From a virus (Duplodnaviria > Heunggongvirae > Uroviricota > Caudoviricetes): a stretch of DNA of 19,177 nucleotides. The stretch's first letter is position 1; each line of letters opens with the position of its first letter. A program made the translations under genes and the position numbers. A model generated the notes under the pieces. It was given only the letters and a program-made list of their open reading frames with translations. It was not told the DNA's origin and ran no database searches. The stretch lies in the IMG/VR virus record IMGVR_UViG_638341196_000003; one strand, written 5' to 3'. Below, in pieces: positions 1 through 10,645 of this stretch.

Positions 1-471
1 ATGTATGAGGCATACAACAATGGCTACCCAACAGCCTATGGTAATGTGCTTCATCTCACTGGCGTAACCGCAGTAGGAGAGGGTGAGTTACTTATTGGTT
101 GGAGTGGAACCAGCGGTGCTCATGCTCCGGCATATATTCGTTCCCGACGAGATACCACAGATGCTAACTGGTCTGGATGGGCGCAACTATATACAACTGC
201 TCATAAACCCTCAGCGGGAGATGTTGGTGCATACACCAAAACTGAGTCAGATTCACGTTATGTGAGAGACATGCGGCTGGGCGGTGCATCTACATATAAA
301 CCAGCAAATAATGGTACTACATGGACGCATCAGGCTCCGTCAGGTTGCGTATATACCGGCATTATTGTTCAGGATACCGGCTCAAACTCTGCCGATAACA
401 TTGGTGGCGTATATTACAGACCGGTGCAGAAATACATTAACGGGACATGGTATAACGTGGTGCAGGTATAA
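1..471 (+). CDS. Phage tail fiber protein, C-terminal portion (P2 gpH-like); 5' end lies upstream of the window
   Basis: Frame-1 ORF open from base 1 to a stop at 469-471. Gly/Thr/Ser/Asn-rich sequence typical of distal fiber domains. A tail fiber assembly gene follows 3 nt later, as in the P2 H-G pair. Confidence 0.6.
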   Translation: MYEAYNNGYPTAYGNVLHLTGVTAVGEGELLIGWSGTSGAHAPAYIRSRRDTTDANWSGWAQLYTTAHKPSAGDVGAYTKTESDSRYVRDMRLGGASTYKPANNGTTWTHQAPSGCVYTGIIVQDTGSNSADNIGGVYYRPVQKYINGTWYNVVQV

Positions 472-474
472 TTT

Positions 475-1002
475 ATGCAGCATTTAAAAAATATTACGGC
501 GGGTAATCCAAAAACGGTTGAACAATATCAATTGACAAAGGACTTTGATGTTGTCTGGTTTTTTTCAGAAGATGGTAAGAACTGGTACGAAGAACAAAAG
601 TATTTTGCTGATGACACGATAAAAATAGCGTACGACAAAGATAATATCATCCACTATGTGGAAAAGGATGTGACAGCTATCAGACCGGATGGATTAAGTG
701 TTGTTGAAGTGGCGGATATTACTGCTAACCGACGGGCGGACATTTCAGGGAACTGGATGTTTAAGGACGGCAAAGTGATTAAACGCGTTTATACGGCAGA
801 GGAATTACAGCAGCAGGCAGAAATTCGGAAAGCCAGACTTCTTGCAGATGCTGAATCCGTGATTTTGCCGCTGGAGCGCGCGGTCAGACTGAACATGGCA
901 ACAGATGAGGAGCGTAGCCGACTGGAATCATGGGAACGCTACAGCGTTCTGGTCAGTCGTGTGGATCCTGCAAATCCTGAATGGCCGGAAATGCCGCAAT
1001 AA
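475..1002 (+). CDS. Tail fiber assembly protein (P2 gpG-like chaperone)
   Basis: 175-aa ORF directly after the fiber gene, same length as P2 gpG; C-terminal ...[12 protein letters not shown] resembles Tfa-type chaperones. Identity is from recall, not a search. Confidence 0.7.
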   Translation: MQHLKNITAGNPKTVEQYQLTKDFDVVWFFSEDGKNWYEEQKYFADDTIKIAYDKDNIIHYVEKDVTAIRPDGLSVVEVADITANRRADISGNWMFKDGKVIKRVYTAEELQQQAEIRKARLLADAESVILPLERAVRLNMATDEERSRLESWERYSVLVSRVDPANPEWPEMPQ

Positions 1003-1042
1003 GTTGTATTAGCTTACATATCTATGGCACAGAGTAAAGCCT

Positions 1043-1087
1043 AATCTGATAGTCCGCTCTGTGCCAGGAGCAGACATTGCCAACGTT
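1043..1087. repeat. Copy 1 of a ~30-38 bp repeat family (core TGTGCCAGGAGC-R-GAC-R-TTGCCA), about 40 bp after the G stop
   Basis: Hand alignment: 1052-1087 matches 5062-5097 at about 30 of 38 positions (direct); 1043-1080 matches the reverse complement of 10722-10759 at 31 of 38. Confidence 0.5.
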
Positions 1088-1470
1088 ATGACCCTCGATT
1101 ACATCAAAGAGCCCTATAGCCGAAACCTGCACCATAGCCATCTCTGTAGAATTCGTCCTAGGGGCTTTTAACAGACCTAGTTGTATGGATCGGAAGGAAA
1201 TATTAAAGCTCAAGGCGTCAGTCCAGTGCTGTCCTGTTTGCTTACCACACGAAAGAGTGCTGCTTGTACCTGCTAACTAATGGTATGCGGAGTGAGGGGG
1301 GCGGGTAGAACCAAAAGCACTTACTACGTGTGGCGCTCTCCTGGAAGAGGAGACGTCGAAGTGATAACGCTAACAACAGTCTTACTGGTGATGCAAATAA
1401 TGCTAGCTGGTCTGGTTGCCATCAAGCAACTGACCGGACGCCCGTAAGGGATGGAGGAACTTGATTAAAG

Positions 1471-1492
1471 GCAGGGGGGTTACCTCCCCTGC
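1471..1492 (+). terminator. Stem-loop of an intrinsic terminator split by IS2; its U-tract continues at 2829-2840
   Basis: GCAGGGG(G)...CCCCTGC stem ends exactly at the IS2 left junction. Removing IS2 and one copy of the CCTGC duplication gives GCAGGGGGGTTACCTCCCCTGC followed by CTTTTTTCGTTT. Confidence 0.5.
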
Positions 1493-1583
1493 TAGACTGG
1501 CCCCCTGAATCTCCAGACAACCAGTATCACTTAAATAAGTGATAGTCTTAATACTAGTTTTTAGACTAGTCATTGGAGTACAG

Positions 1584-1949
1584 ATGATTGATGTCTTAGG
1601 GCCGGAGAAACGCAGACGGCGTACCACACAGGAAAAGATCGCAATTGTTCAGCAGAGCTTTGAACCGGGGATGACGGTCTCCCTCGTTGCCCGGCAACAT
1701 GGTGTAGCAGCCAGCCAGTTATTTCTCTGGCGTAAGCAATACCAGGAAGGAAGTCTTACTGCTGTGGCCGCCGGAGAACAGGTTGTTCCTGCCTCTGAAC
1801 TTGCTGCCGCCATGAAGCAGATTAAAGAACTCCAGCGCCTGCTCGGCAAGAAAACGATGGAAAATGAACTCCTCAAAGAAGCCGTTGAATATGGACGGGC
1901 AAAAAAGTGGATAGCGCACGCGCCCTTATTGCCCGGGGATGGGGAGTAA
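1584..1949 (+). CDS. insC: IS2 transposase OrfA (InsC)
   Basis: 121-aa product [26 protein letters not shown]... with helix-turn-helix; ATG is the 16th codon of the listed ORF 1539-1949. Confidence 0.9.
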
Positions 1950-2812
1950 GCTTAGTCAGCCGTTGTCTCCGGGTGTCGCGTGCGCAGTTGCACGTCATTC
2001 TCAGACGAACCGATGACTGGATGGATGGCCGCCGCAGTCGTCACACTGATGATACGGATGTGCTTCTCCGTATACACCATGTTATCGGAGAGCTGCCCAC
2101 GTATGGTTATCGTCGGGTATGGGCGCTGCTTCGCAGACAGGCAGAACTTGATGGTATGCCTGCGATCAATGCCAAACGTGTTTACCGGATCATGCGCCAG
2201 AATGCGCTGTTGCTTGAGCGAAAACCTGCTGTACCGCCATCGAAACGGGCACATACAGGCAGAGTGGCCGTGAAAGAAAGCAATCAGCGATGGTGCTCTG
2301 ACGGGTTCGAGTTCTGCTGTGATAACGGAGAGAGACTGCGTGTCACGTTCGCGCTGGACTGCTGTGATCGTGAGGCACTGCACTGGGCGGTGACTACCGG
2401 CGGCTTCAACAGTGAAACAGTACAGGACGTCATGCTGGGAGCGGTGGAACGCCGCTTCGGCAACGATCTTCCGTCGTCTCCAGTGGAGTGGCTGACGGAT
2501 AATGGTTCATGCTACCGGGCTAATGAAACACGCCAGTTCGCCCGGATGTTGGGACTTGAACCGAAGAACACGGCGGTGCGGAGTCCGGAGAGTAACGGAA
2601 TAGCAGAGAGCTTCGTGAAAACGATAAAGCGTGACTACATCAGTATCATGCCCAAACCAGACGGGTTAACGGCAGCAAAGAACCTTGCAGAGGCGTTCGA
2701 GCATTATAACGAATGGCATCCGCATAGTGCGCTGGGTTATCGCTCGCCACGGGAATATCTGCGGCAGCGGGCTTGTAATGGGTTAAGTGATAACAGATGT
2801 CTGGAAATATAG
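1907..2812 (+). CDS. insD: IS2 transposase OrfB (InsD), DDE catalytic domain; normally made as an OrfAB fusion by -1 frameshifting
   Basis: 301-aa ORF overlapping orfA; A6G slippery run (GCAAAAAAGTGG) near 1896-1905; C-terminal [12 protein letters not shown] motif typical of the IS3 family. Confidence 0.9.
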
Positions 2813-2856
2813 GGGCAAATCCACCTGCCTTTTTTCGTTTCTGCGCAAGTTAGCTC

Positions 2857-2868
2857 TGTTATTATAAT
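2857..2868 (+). promoter_or_regulatory. Putative sigma70 -10 region (TGTTATTATAAT, extended -10 like) for the downstream 227-aa ORF
   Basis: TG-n-TATTAT / TATAAT hexamers 30-40 bp upstream of the ATG at 2899, immediately right of the IS2 end; no clear -35. Confidence 0.3.
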
Positions 2869-2898
2869 CCTTACTCACACTGTAAGGACATAGTTCAA

Positions 2899-3582
2899 AT
2901 GACTGAATGGCTTAATGCACATTTTGGTGCAGACGCAGCTACCTATCTTAGCTTATTAGTCGGCGTACTGGCACTGTTTGGTATTGGGGGCGGTGTTACA
3001 TATAGAATCAGACAGCAAAACAACATAAAACAGAAGGCAAAGAAAACCGAGGGTGATGTGAACCAGGCCGGGCGGGATATTAATCAGACCACCAACGTTT
3101 ACCACACATCCAATGAATCTACTGAGGACCCTGTAAAAAAAAAGCAAGATGAACATGATCTGAAGATAATCGACCAGATCCTTGAATTGCTGCCTTATGA
3201 GGATACTACTCAATGGGTTGAGCAGAGCTACCTGAGCGGTATACGGCAAGATGTTTGCTTAAACATTGAAAAAGCTGAAAAATTTAGCGGTGAAAAGTAT
3301 CGGTTATTCAATACTGAAGTGAATGGTGCGAAAGACGCTTTTTTGGACGCTATGACCGCATACGTAGATAGTACGCTACCATTTATGAGTGTTGATTACC
3401 CGAACAGAAAGCCAGTGATGCTAAGCCTTCCCCATGACTGGAAGAGTAAGAGTGTTGAATCGGAGGCAAACTTCCGCTTTCATCAGCAAAATGTGCGTGA
3501 AACATCGGGGGGGATGATTGCGCGCTATGAGGATTTTGTCAGGACATTTAAGGCTCATGGATTCATAAGCGATAAACTGTAA
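2899..3582 (+). CDS. Hypothetical membrane-anchored protein (227 aa): one N-terminal transmembrane helix, charged linker, soluble C-terminal domain; non-phage cargo
   Basis: Intact ORF with ATG start; hydrophobic segment YLSLLVGVLALFGIGGGV at residues ~16-33, then a Lys/Glu-rich linker. Own promoter-like region upstream and an intrinsic terminator downstream (rebuilt across the IS10-like insertion). No family recognised. Confidence 0.5.
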   Translation: MTEWLNAHFGADAATYLSLLVGVLALFGIGGGVTYRIRQQNNIKQKAKKTEGDVNQAGRDINQTTNVYHTSNESTEDPVKKKQDEHDLKIIDQILELLPYEDTTQWVEQSYLSGIRQDVCLNIEKAEKFSGEKYRLFNTEVNGAKDAFLDAMTAYVDSTLPFMSVDYPNRKPVMLSLPHDWKSKSVESEANFRFHQQNVRETSGGMIARYEDFVRTFKAHGFISDKL

Positions 3583-3675
3583 AGGCGCAGTGGGTCAGCG
3601 AACACCGCAACGACAGAACCGCGTAAGCGGTAAAATCAGCTTGTTAACTGGCGAGTTTATAGCCGTCCCTCCGGG

Positions 3676-4976
3676 CTGAGGGATCCCCACAAAATTACTG
3701 CTAATAAACCAGCACCATATTTCGGTAGGTTCTGGACAGATGGTTTAGAACTGTGCTCAGTACTGTTCGTCTTAAAATAAGTGGCGAGTGTCGAAGAACA
3801 TTCTTCGCTAACGTCAGATATGAGATAACCCGCCGGGATTTAATGCTGTTAGCCTGATATTTCAGGTGTAACCCTTTATTTTCAGCGTGATAACCGAGTA
3901 ACCACATTACGATAGTGCTCAACGTTGCCAGCAGACTCAGAACCAGAATTCTTCCTGTTGAACGACTTTTGCTGGCCCGAAGACCAAATCCGAAGCGCCC
4001 GTTCTTTTCATCACGAAAGTTTTGCTCTATCTGCATTCGCCGACTGTATAACTTGATGATTTCTCGCGCTCTGAAGTCATTTGTACTGCTGAAGATCAAC
4101 CAGGCTTCTTTTGCTGATTTGCTCTGTTCTTTGTCTGTTTTGTTTAAACCACTCTGACCTTTCGAACGTTTCTTTTTTCGCCCTTTTGCCGATTTCTTAT
4201 AGGTGTAAAAATGCCCCCGGATGCTTTTTTTCCTTTCTTTAACCAGCCTTCCAGCCTCCATATATTCCGGTGTTTTACATTCAGGGCTATCCGACACTTT
4301 TAACCATCTTTCAGGCGCGTTATCGAGGCAATACTGAACGTTATTTCTGATCCGACCAATAAAATCCCAGCCCAGAGAAGTAATATGGTGAAACCATGCG
4401 CTCTGAAATCCAGCATCCGTGACAATAATAACCCTGGCATCGGGGGGCAGGGATTGAGCAAGGGAATCAAGGAAATCATGTTGTATCAATGGATTATTTT
4501 GTTTTTCAGAAGGAACAACCTTACTCAATAACGGAATGGAACGCCCGTCACACAGAAGGCTGGCACGAAGAACATGATGCTCCTGGGAGGGATAGCCACT
4601 CCAGTCTACGGCTATTACACATAAAGATAACTGCCGTGTCAGCATTGAAGTGATATTCCTGAAAATCATTGGAATATCGCGATGGAGCGCCTCATTACCC
4701 ATGAGGCGATCAATACGTTTGCTCTTATTCTTAACTTGTGCATTACCCGGGAAAAAACGTCCGATACTGGTCAGCGTCAGAGATGCTCCGTTGATTAACG
4801 CCACTGTGGCATCCATCAGGGCATTTTGTCGGTACTGATGAAATGGTGCTAAGGCATCCCGGAAGAAATTCTGACATACTTTATGAACAGGCATAGCAGT
4901 GATCTCATTGAATTGTTGGCACAAATCAGTAGATCACATAATGCTATGTCTGTCTCGTTTTCTGGGAATTCCTCAG
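3676..4976 (-). mobile_element. IS4-family, IS10-like insertion sequence (1301 bp)
   Basis: Imperfect terminal inverted repeats CTGAGGGATCCCCACAAAATT (left) and CTGAGGAATTCCCAGAAAACG (right, reverse complement), 17 of 23 matching, resembling the IS10 end CTGATGAATCCCC. Perfect 9-bp duplication CCCTCCGGG at 3667-3675 and 4977-4985. Confidence 0.7.
3701..4924 (-). CDS. IS4-family (IS10 group-like) DDE transposase, 407 aa
   Basis: Shares landmarks with IS10 transposase as recalled (KRIDRLxGN, VDWS, RAS...GRS, DAGF, IYSxRMQIEQxFRD); stop 25 bp from the left inverted repeat. Confidence 0.85.
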   Translation of the reverse strand: MCQQFNEITAMPVHKVCQNFFRDALAPFHQYRQNALMDATVALINGASLTLTSIGRFFPGNAQVKNKSKRIDRLMGNEALHRDIPMIFRNITSMLTRQLSLCVIAVDWSGYPSQEHHVLRASLLCDGRSIPLLSKVVPSEKQNNPLIQHDFLDSLAQSLPPDARVIIVTDAGFQSAWFHHITSLGWDFIGRIRNNVQYCLDNAPERWLKVSDSPECKTPEYMEAGRLVKERKKSIRGHFYTYKKSAKGRKKKRSKGQSGLNKTDKEQSKSAKEAWLIFSSTNDFRAREIIKLYSRRMQIEQNFRDEKNGRFGFGLRASKSRSTGRILVLSLLATLSTIVMWLLGYHAENKGLHLKYQANSIKSRRVISYLTLAKNVLRHSPLILRRTVLSTVLNHLSRTYRNMVLVY

Positions 4977-5061
4977 CCCTCCGGGGCGGCTTTTTTATGA
5001 CTATAATCGACAGAATCACCTGAACGTCCAGGTGGGTTTCCCTGACAGGACGTCAAGGAAT

Positions 5062-5097
5062 GTTCGCTTTGTGCCAGGAGCGGACGTTGCCAGCATT
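5062..5097. repeat. Copy 2 of the repeat family, direct relative to copy 1, about 150 bp upstream of the 261-aa ORF
   Basis: Hand alignment to 1052-1087, about 30 of 38 identical, including an uninterrupted TGTGCCAGGAGC. Confidence 0.5.
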
Positions 5098-5246
5098 GAG
5101 TTTTCAGTTTTCAAAGGTATATCTTTAGATTTAGTTCACTTAGAATGAGCGTGTTAAAGTTTTCGGTTATGTGAGTATATTGAACATAACAAATAAACAA
5201 TAATTTTTGTATTCCATTTAGGATATAAAAAAGAGGGATTTGAGTT

Positions 5247-6032
5247 ATGTACGATTATAGTTTTTTACTTACTCCATCTACAGGATTTGTTAAAGGATTA
5301 TGTGGAGTTTGGTCGAATGATTTCTCTATAAATGATGATTCTGACTCTGATTTAGGGCAAACAGATATTCATTTACTTTCATCTCCTCATTTGAATATCA
5401 TATCCGACCCAAATGAATTGGCTTCCAAGTTAAAAGGTTTGTTGATGCTCATGAACGGCGCACTTAGCGTTCTTTATGGTTTTGAAAGATATCAATCTTT
5501 TGGTCCTCTTTCTATTTCTGGAAGTGAAGGCATTAATTACTCGGAAATATGCGGCTTTAAATCAATGGATGTAACTCAGGTAAACCCCTTTAATTTCCAT
5601 GACATACAGCAACCACACCCTCGCGCTGATAATTTTTCACGATTAATTAATTTATCATCTAAACATGAATCCTTACGTGTTGTTTTAGGTATGTGTGCCT
5701 TAGGTTATGATTGGGTTAATCTTTATCGTTTGTGGGAAACAATTAGAGAATATGTATATGATAAATATGTGAAAGGTATACTAAATTTCCCCGACGCTTA
5801 TAAAGGCAAGAAATATCAGAGAGATAAAGTAATTAGCATGGCTTTTAATATTGATGAAAAGGAAATCAGCAGATTCACGGGCACTGCTAATAGCTTTGAA
5901 CTGTTAGGGTATCTTGCGAGACATGGAAAGGGAAGTTCCGGAGGGATATTAAAAAATCCGATGTCAAGAGTTGACGCAAGCATTTTCGTACACAAAGCAA
6001 CTTACAAATATTGTAAGTTATTTTTGATGTAA
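5247..6032 (+). CDS. Hypothetical protein (261 aa), AT-rich non-phage cargo gene
   Basis: Intact ORF with ATG and an upstream AGAGGGA ribosome-binding site; the gene and its upstream region are visibly AT-rich compared with the flanking tail genes. No transmembrane segment or recognisable motif. Confidence 0.5.
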   Translation: MYDYSFLLTPSTGFVKGLCGVWSNDFSINDDSDSDLGQTDIHLLSSPHLNIISDPNELASKLKGLLMLMNGALSVLYGFERYQSFGPLSISGSEGINYSEICGFKSMDVTQVNPFNFHDIQQPHPRADNFSRLINLSSKHESLRVVLGMCALGYDWVNLYRLWETIREYVYDKYVKGILNFPDAYKGKKYQRDKVISMAFNIDEKEISRFTGTANSFELLGYLARHGKGSSGGILKNPMSRVDASIFVHKATYKYCKLFLM

Positions 6033-6124
6033 GTAAAAAGTTGAAGCTATAATACTCAAAGTATCGAAAACTACGTTCGTCGTGCACTCGAAAACAATAT
6101 GCTTATTGTGTCTGCACTAATTAC

Positions 6125-6161
6125 TCAAGGTCCGAGAAAAATGGCGAAGCTCATCTTTTTC
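6125..6161 (-). terminator. Intrinsic terminator serving the minus-strand HNH-like gene (hairpin GGCGAAGC/GCTTCGCC followed on the minus strand by AUUUUUCUC)
   Basis: Perfect 8-bp inverted repeat at 6133-6140 and 6154-6161, about 33 nt past the stop at 6194-6196; lies between two convergent cargo genes. Confidence 0.45.
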
Positions 6162-6193
6162 AGGCTTCGCCAACTTGAGTTATTGGTTAAAAT

Positions 6194-6372
6194 TCATTTA
6201 GGAATAATAGAATGCAATTCGTGACTCACCTGGATTTCATAGTGTTTCAATAGTTCTCCGATGTTAATTCCTACTACCTTACGAACTGCGCCGAGGGAGA
6301 AGTTAAGCTCCTCAATGCCCGGCCGATCTGGCGTTGAATTCATATAGTGTCGGCACGCACGGACAATTGACT
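6194..6372 (-). pseudogene. 3' segment (last 58 codons plus stop) of the HNH-like cargo gene interrupted by the IS911-like element
   Basis: Minus-strand frame at 6370 continues in phase the frame ending at 8845 once the IS and one copy of the ACT duplication are removed. The N-terminal residues of listed ORF 6194-6451 lie inside the IS end and are an artefact. Confidence 0.6.
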
Positions 6373-6380
6373 TGAAGTGG

Positions 6381-8509
<2,129 letters not shown>

Positions 8510-8510
8510 G

Positions 8511-8772
8511 TAGCCTTTTTTAATATTTCATTCTCCATTTCAATGCGTTGTAGCTTTTTCCTCAGCTTACGTATTTCGATTTGTTCTGGTGTTATCGGAG
8601 AGGCTTTTGGTGTTTTGCCCTGACGCTCATCACGCAGTTGTTTGACCCATCTTGTCATTGTGGAAAGGCCAACATCCATAGCTTTGGCGGCATCTGCCAC
8701 CGTGTATTTCTGGTCAACAACCAGTTGAGCGGATTCGCGTTTAAACTCTGCGCTAAAATTTCTTTTTTTCAT
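8511..8772 (-). pseudogene. IS911-like orfA, 5' portion (codons 1-88) cut by IS30; the last 12 codons and stop resume at 7288-7247
   Basis: [56 protein letters not shown]...EILKKAT, then IS30; downstream of IS30 the frame reads [12 protein letters not shown]-stop. Confidence 0.8.
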
Positions 8773-8844
8773 TGGAGCACCTGTGTTGTTCTGAGGCGAG
8801 CATATCACCTCTGTTCAGGTGGCCAAATTCAGTGTGCCACTTCA

Positions 8845-9421
8845 ACTCGACGATCAACGATAGCGGAGACTCAGGTGCAATCTCGGAGCGAATCGCCGTA
8901 AGAGAGAGTCGGAGCTCCTTCAAAGAATCCGAGACTCGTGCTGGATCCTCTTGAGCATATGGCAGATAAAGAGAACTCTTGTCTTCCAATAAATGGATCA
9001 ACCGCAGAGCAATTTTCTCGTCTGGGCGATGCGATAGAAATTGAAACATTAGCCTCTTTCCTCCCTCCAAGCACTCCTTCATTAGTGATTCGTGGTTACG
9101 TTTCCATTTTCGCAAATACTCGGCGGGGTAGCCCATACCGCCATTCTTATCAACTAAATCAGCACAAGCTCCGCACAACCATATAGCATTTTTTATGCTC
9201 TTCCGCTCTGTTTCTGACTGAGACATGTCATAGCGCGGTCCGCCAGGGCTCGCCGCGCAGATATGCGCCGCCTCACCCGTCTTGATAGAAAGATTTTCCG
9301 CCAATTGATCCGGGCCGATTGTTACCCTATGACAAGAGGGATTGCTACAAATATATGTAGCGCGCTCTGCTACCTTACCTACAACGCTTGGAGGAAAGTT
9401 GTGCCTATTTGTCTTGGTCAT
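8845..9421 (-). pseudogene. 5' segment (codons 1-192) of the HNH-like cargo gene interrupted by the IS911-like element
   Basis: ATG at 9421; product carries CSNPSCH...GEAAHICAASPGG...NAIWLCGACADLVD, an HNH-type Cys/His/Asn signature with non-canonical substitutions. The tail of listed ORF 8753-9421 beyond 8845 is read-through into the IS. Confidence 0.6.
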
Positions 9422-9492
9422 AAAAGTTATGCTTCTTTGTTTTTTTCATCTATGTGGGGAGAATAAAATCATACTTTTTATATCTGATCCTA

Positions 9493-10645
9493 AATAGCTG
9501 CGCTTAATACCGCTACACTTTTGCCAGTCCATGTTTGCCTCCGGGGAATGGGCTGACGGTTTCCATAAAATGGCGAACTTTTTTCAACAGTTGCCACATT
9601 GAGCGGCACTGATGATTACGCGTTATTGTGTCGTGAAGTGCCTGCCATAGCCGTTCAACATGATTCACCCATGGCGAGTAAACCGGCTGATAAATGACCC
9701 TGAACTTCGGGTTCTCCTTCAGCCAGCTCTGTGTTTCCCGGCTTTTGTGGATAATGTAGTTGTCCACGATCAGCGTGATGGTTTTCGCCCGACGGTATGT
9801 CGCTTTAAGCCGCTTCAGCAGGCTGATGAACAGCGCCGAACTTTTGCTGTTGCCGCCCACATAGCTGACTTTACCTGTCCCGCTGTGCAGCGCTCCGGCC
9901 AGATAATATTTTTCATTCTGTCCCGGCGTGACCACCCGTTTTTGCTGTCCGCGCAGTTGCCAGTCCGCACCGATTTTGGGATGAAGATGGATATCCACTT
10001 CATCTTCATAAAAGACCGGATGCTCTGCGCTGCATTCGTCCAGTGCTTTATGGATTGCTGCCATCTTTTCATCTTTATGCGGGTCACGGATACGCAGAGT
10101 TGGCGCAGCCCTTCGCCACACAATCCCCGCAGACGGCAACCAGCGGCGAACGGTTCCGGCATTTAACTGGCAACCGGTTATCTCATTGATTTTTATTGCC
10201 AGCAGTTCTGTACTCCAGCGTGAACGCTGGTAGACAAAGTCGCCGGGAGAATGTTTTACCAGCTCACGTAACAGTGTGCAGATATGCTCAAACGGCCAGC
10301 GACGGGCACGCCCGGCAGGTAATGATTTCAGTCCCTCAACACCCGACTGCGTGAACCAGTTAATCCAGCGTCCAACAGAGGAACGGGCGCAGCAGAGCGT
10401 TCTGGCAACGTCGCTGACACGGTCGCCCCGGTGCAGCATCAGCATGGCAGTCAGTCTGCGGGCATAATTTTTATCGTGTGTTTTATGGATGGCTTTCTGC
10501 ATCAGGCGTCGTTCGTCACGGGAAATTGGTGCTATGATCGGCATTGCTCAGTCCGGTTGGTGATTTGTTTTGATTTGGCGATTGATCAGATCGCACAATC
10601 CGGGCTAAGTTCCCTCAAAATGATCTACTATTCCGCGCAGCTATT
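9493..10645 (-). mobile_element. IS630 insertion sequence, complete (1153 bp)
   Basis: 343-aa transposase; imperfect terminal inverted repeats (AATAGCTGCGC...); flanking TA duplication at 9491-9492 and 10646-10647; reconstructed target GATCCTAGGTCTG contains CTAG. Confidence 0.9.
9513..10544 (-). CDS. IS630 (Tc1/mariner superfamily) transposase
   Basis: 343-aa product MPIIAPISRDERRLMQKAIHKTHDKNYARRL... matches IS630 transposase from recall. Confidence 0.9.
   Translation of the reverse strand: MPIIAPISRDERRLMQKAIHKTHDKNYARRLTAMLMLHRGDRVSDVARTLCCARSSVGRWINWFTQSGVEGLKSLPAGRARRWPFEHICTLLRELVKHSPGDFVYQRSRWSTELLAIKINEITGCQLNAGTVRRWLPSAGIVWRRAAPTLRIRDPHKDEKMAAIHKALDECSAEHPVFYEDEVDIHLHPKIGADWQLRGQQKRVVTPGQNEKYYLAGALHSGTGKVSYVGGNSKSSALFISLLKRLKATYRRAKTITLIVDNYIIHKSRETQSWLKENPKFRVIYQPVYSPWVNHVERLWQALHDTITRNHQCRSMWQLLKKVRHFMETVSPFPGGKHGLAKV

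Larger units (their letters stand above)
1493..2823 (+). mobile_element. IS2 insertion sequence, complete (1331 bp)
   Basis: Left end TAGACTGGCCCCCTGAATCTCC and right end ...GGGGCAAATCCA match IS2 termini as I recall them; internal orfA/orfB; 5-bp direct duplication CCTGC at 1488-1492 and 2824-2828. Confidence 0.9.

Noticed and set aside
1003-1492. Looked for gix/cix/hix-type invertase crossover sites, as in the Mu G or P1 C invertible fiber segments
   Set aside because: No sequence resembling the TTnTCnnAAACCnnGGTTTnnnGAnAA consensus and no invertase gene in the window; the repeat family found has a different sequence.
2956-3249. 97-aa minus-strand ORF inside the 227-aa cargo gene
   Set aside because: Antisense to an ORF with proper start, promoter and terminator context; hydrophobic low-complexity translation; likely spurious.
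6033-6193. Possible small gene or RNA between the convergent cargo genes
   Set aside because: No ORF of meaningful length; the region is explained by the hairpin terminator at 6133-6161.
8753-8844. C-terminal 30 residues of listed ORF 8753-9421 (…[29 protein letters not shown]), and the N-terminal 27 residues of listed ORF 6194-6451
   Set aside because: These stretches are encoded by the terminal inverted repeats of the IS911-like element; they are read-through artefacts, not part of the native HNH-like gene.
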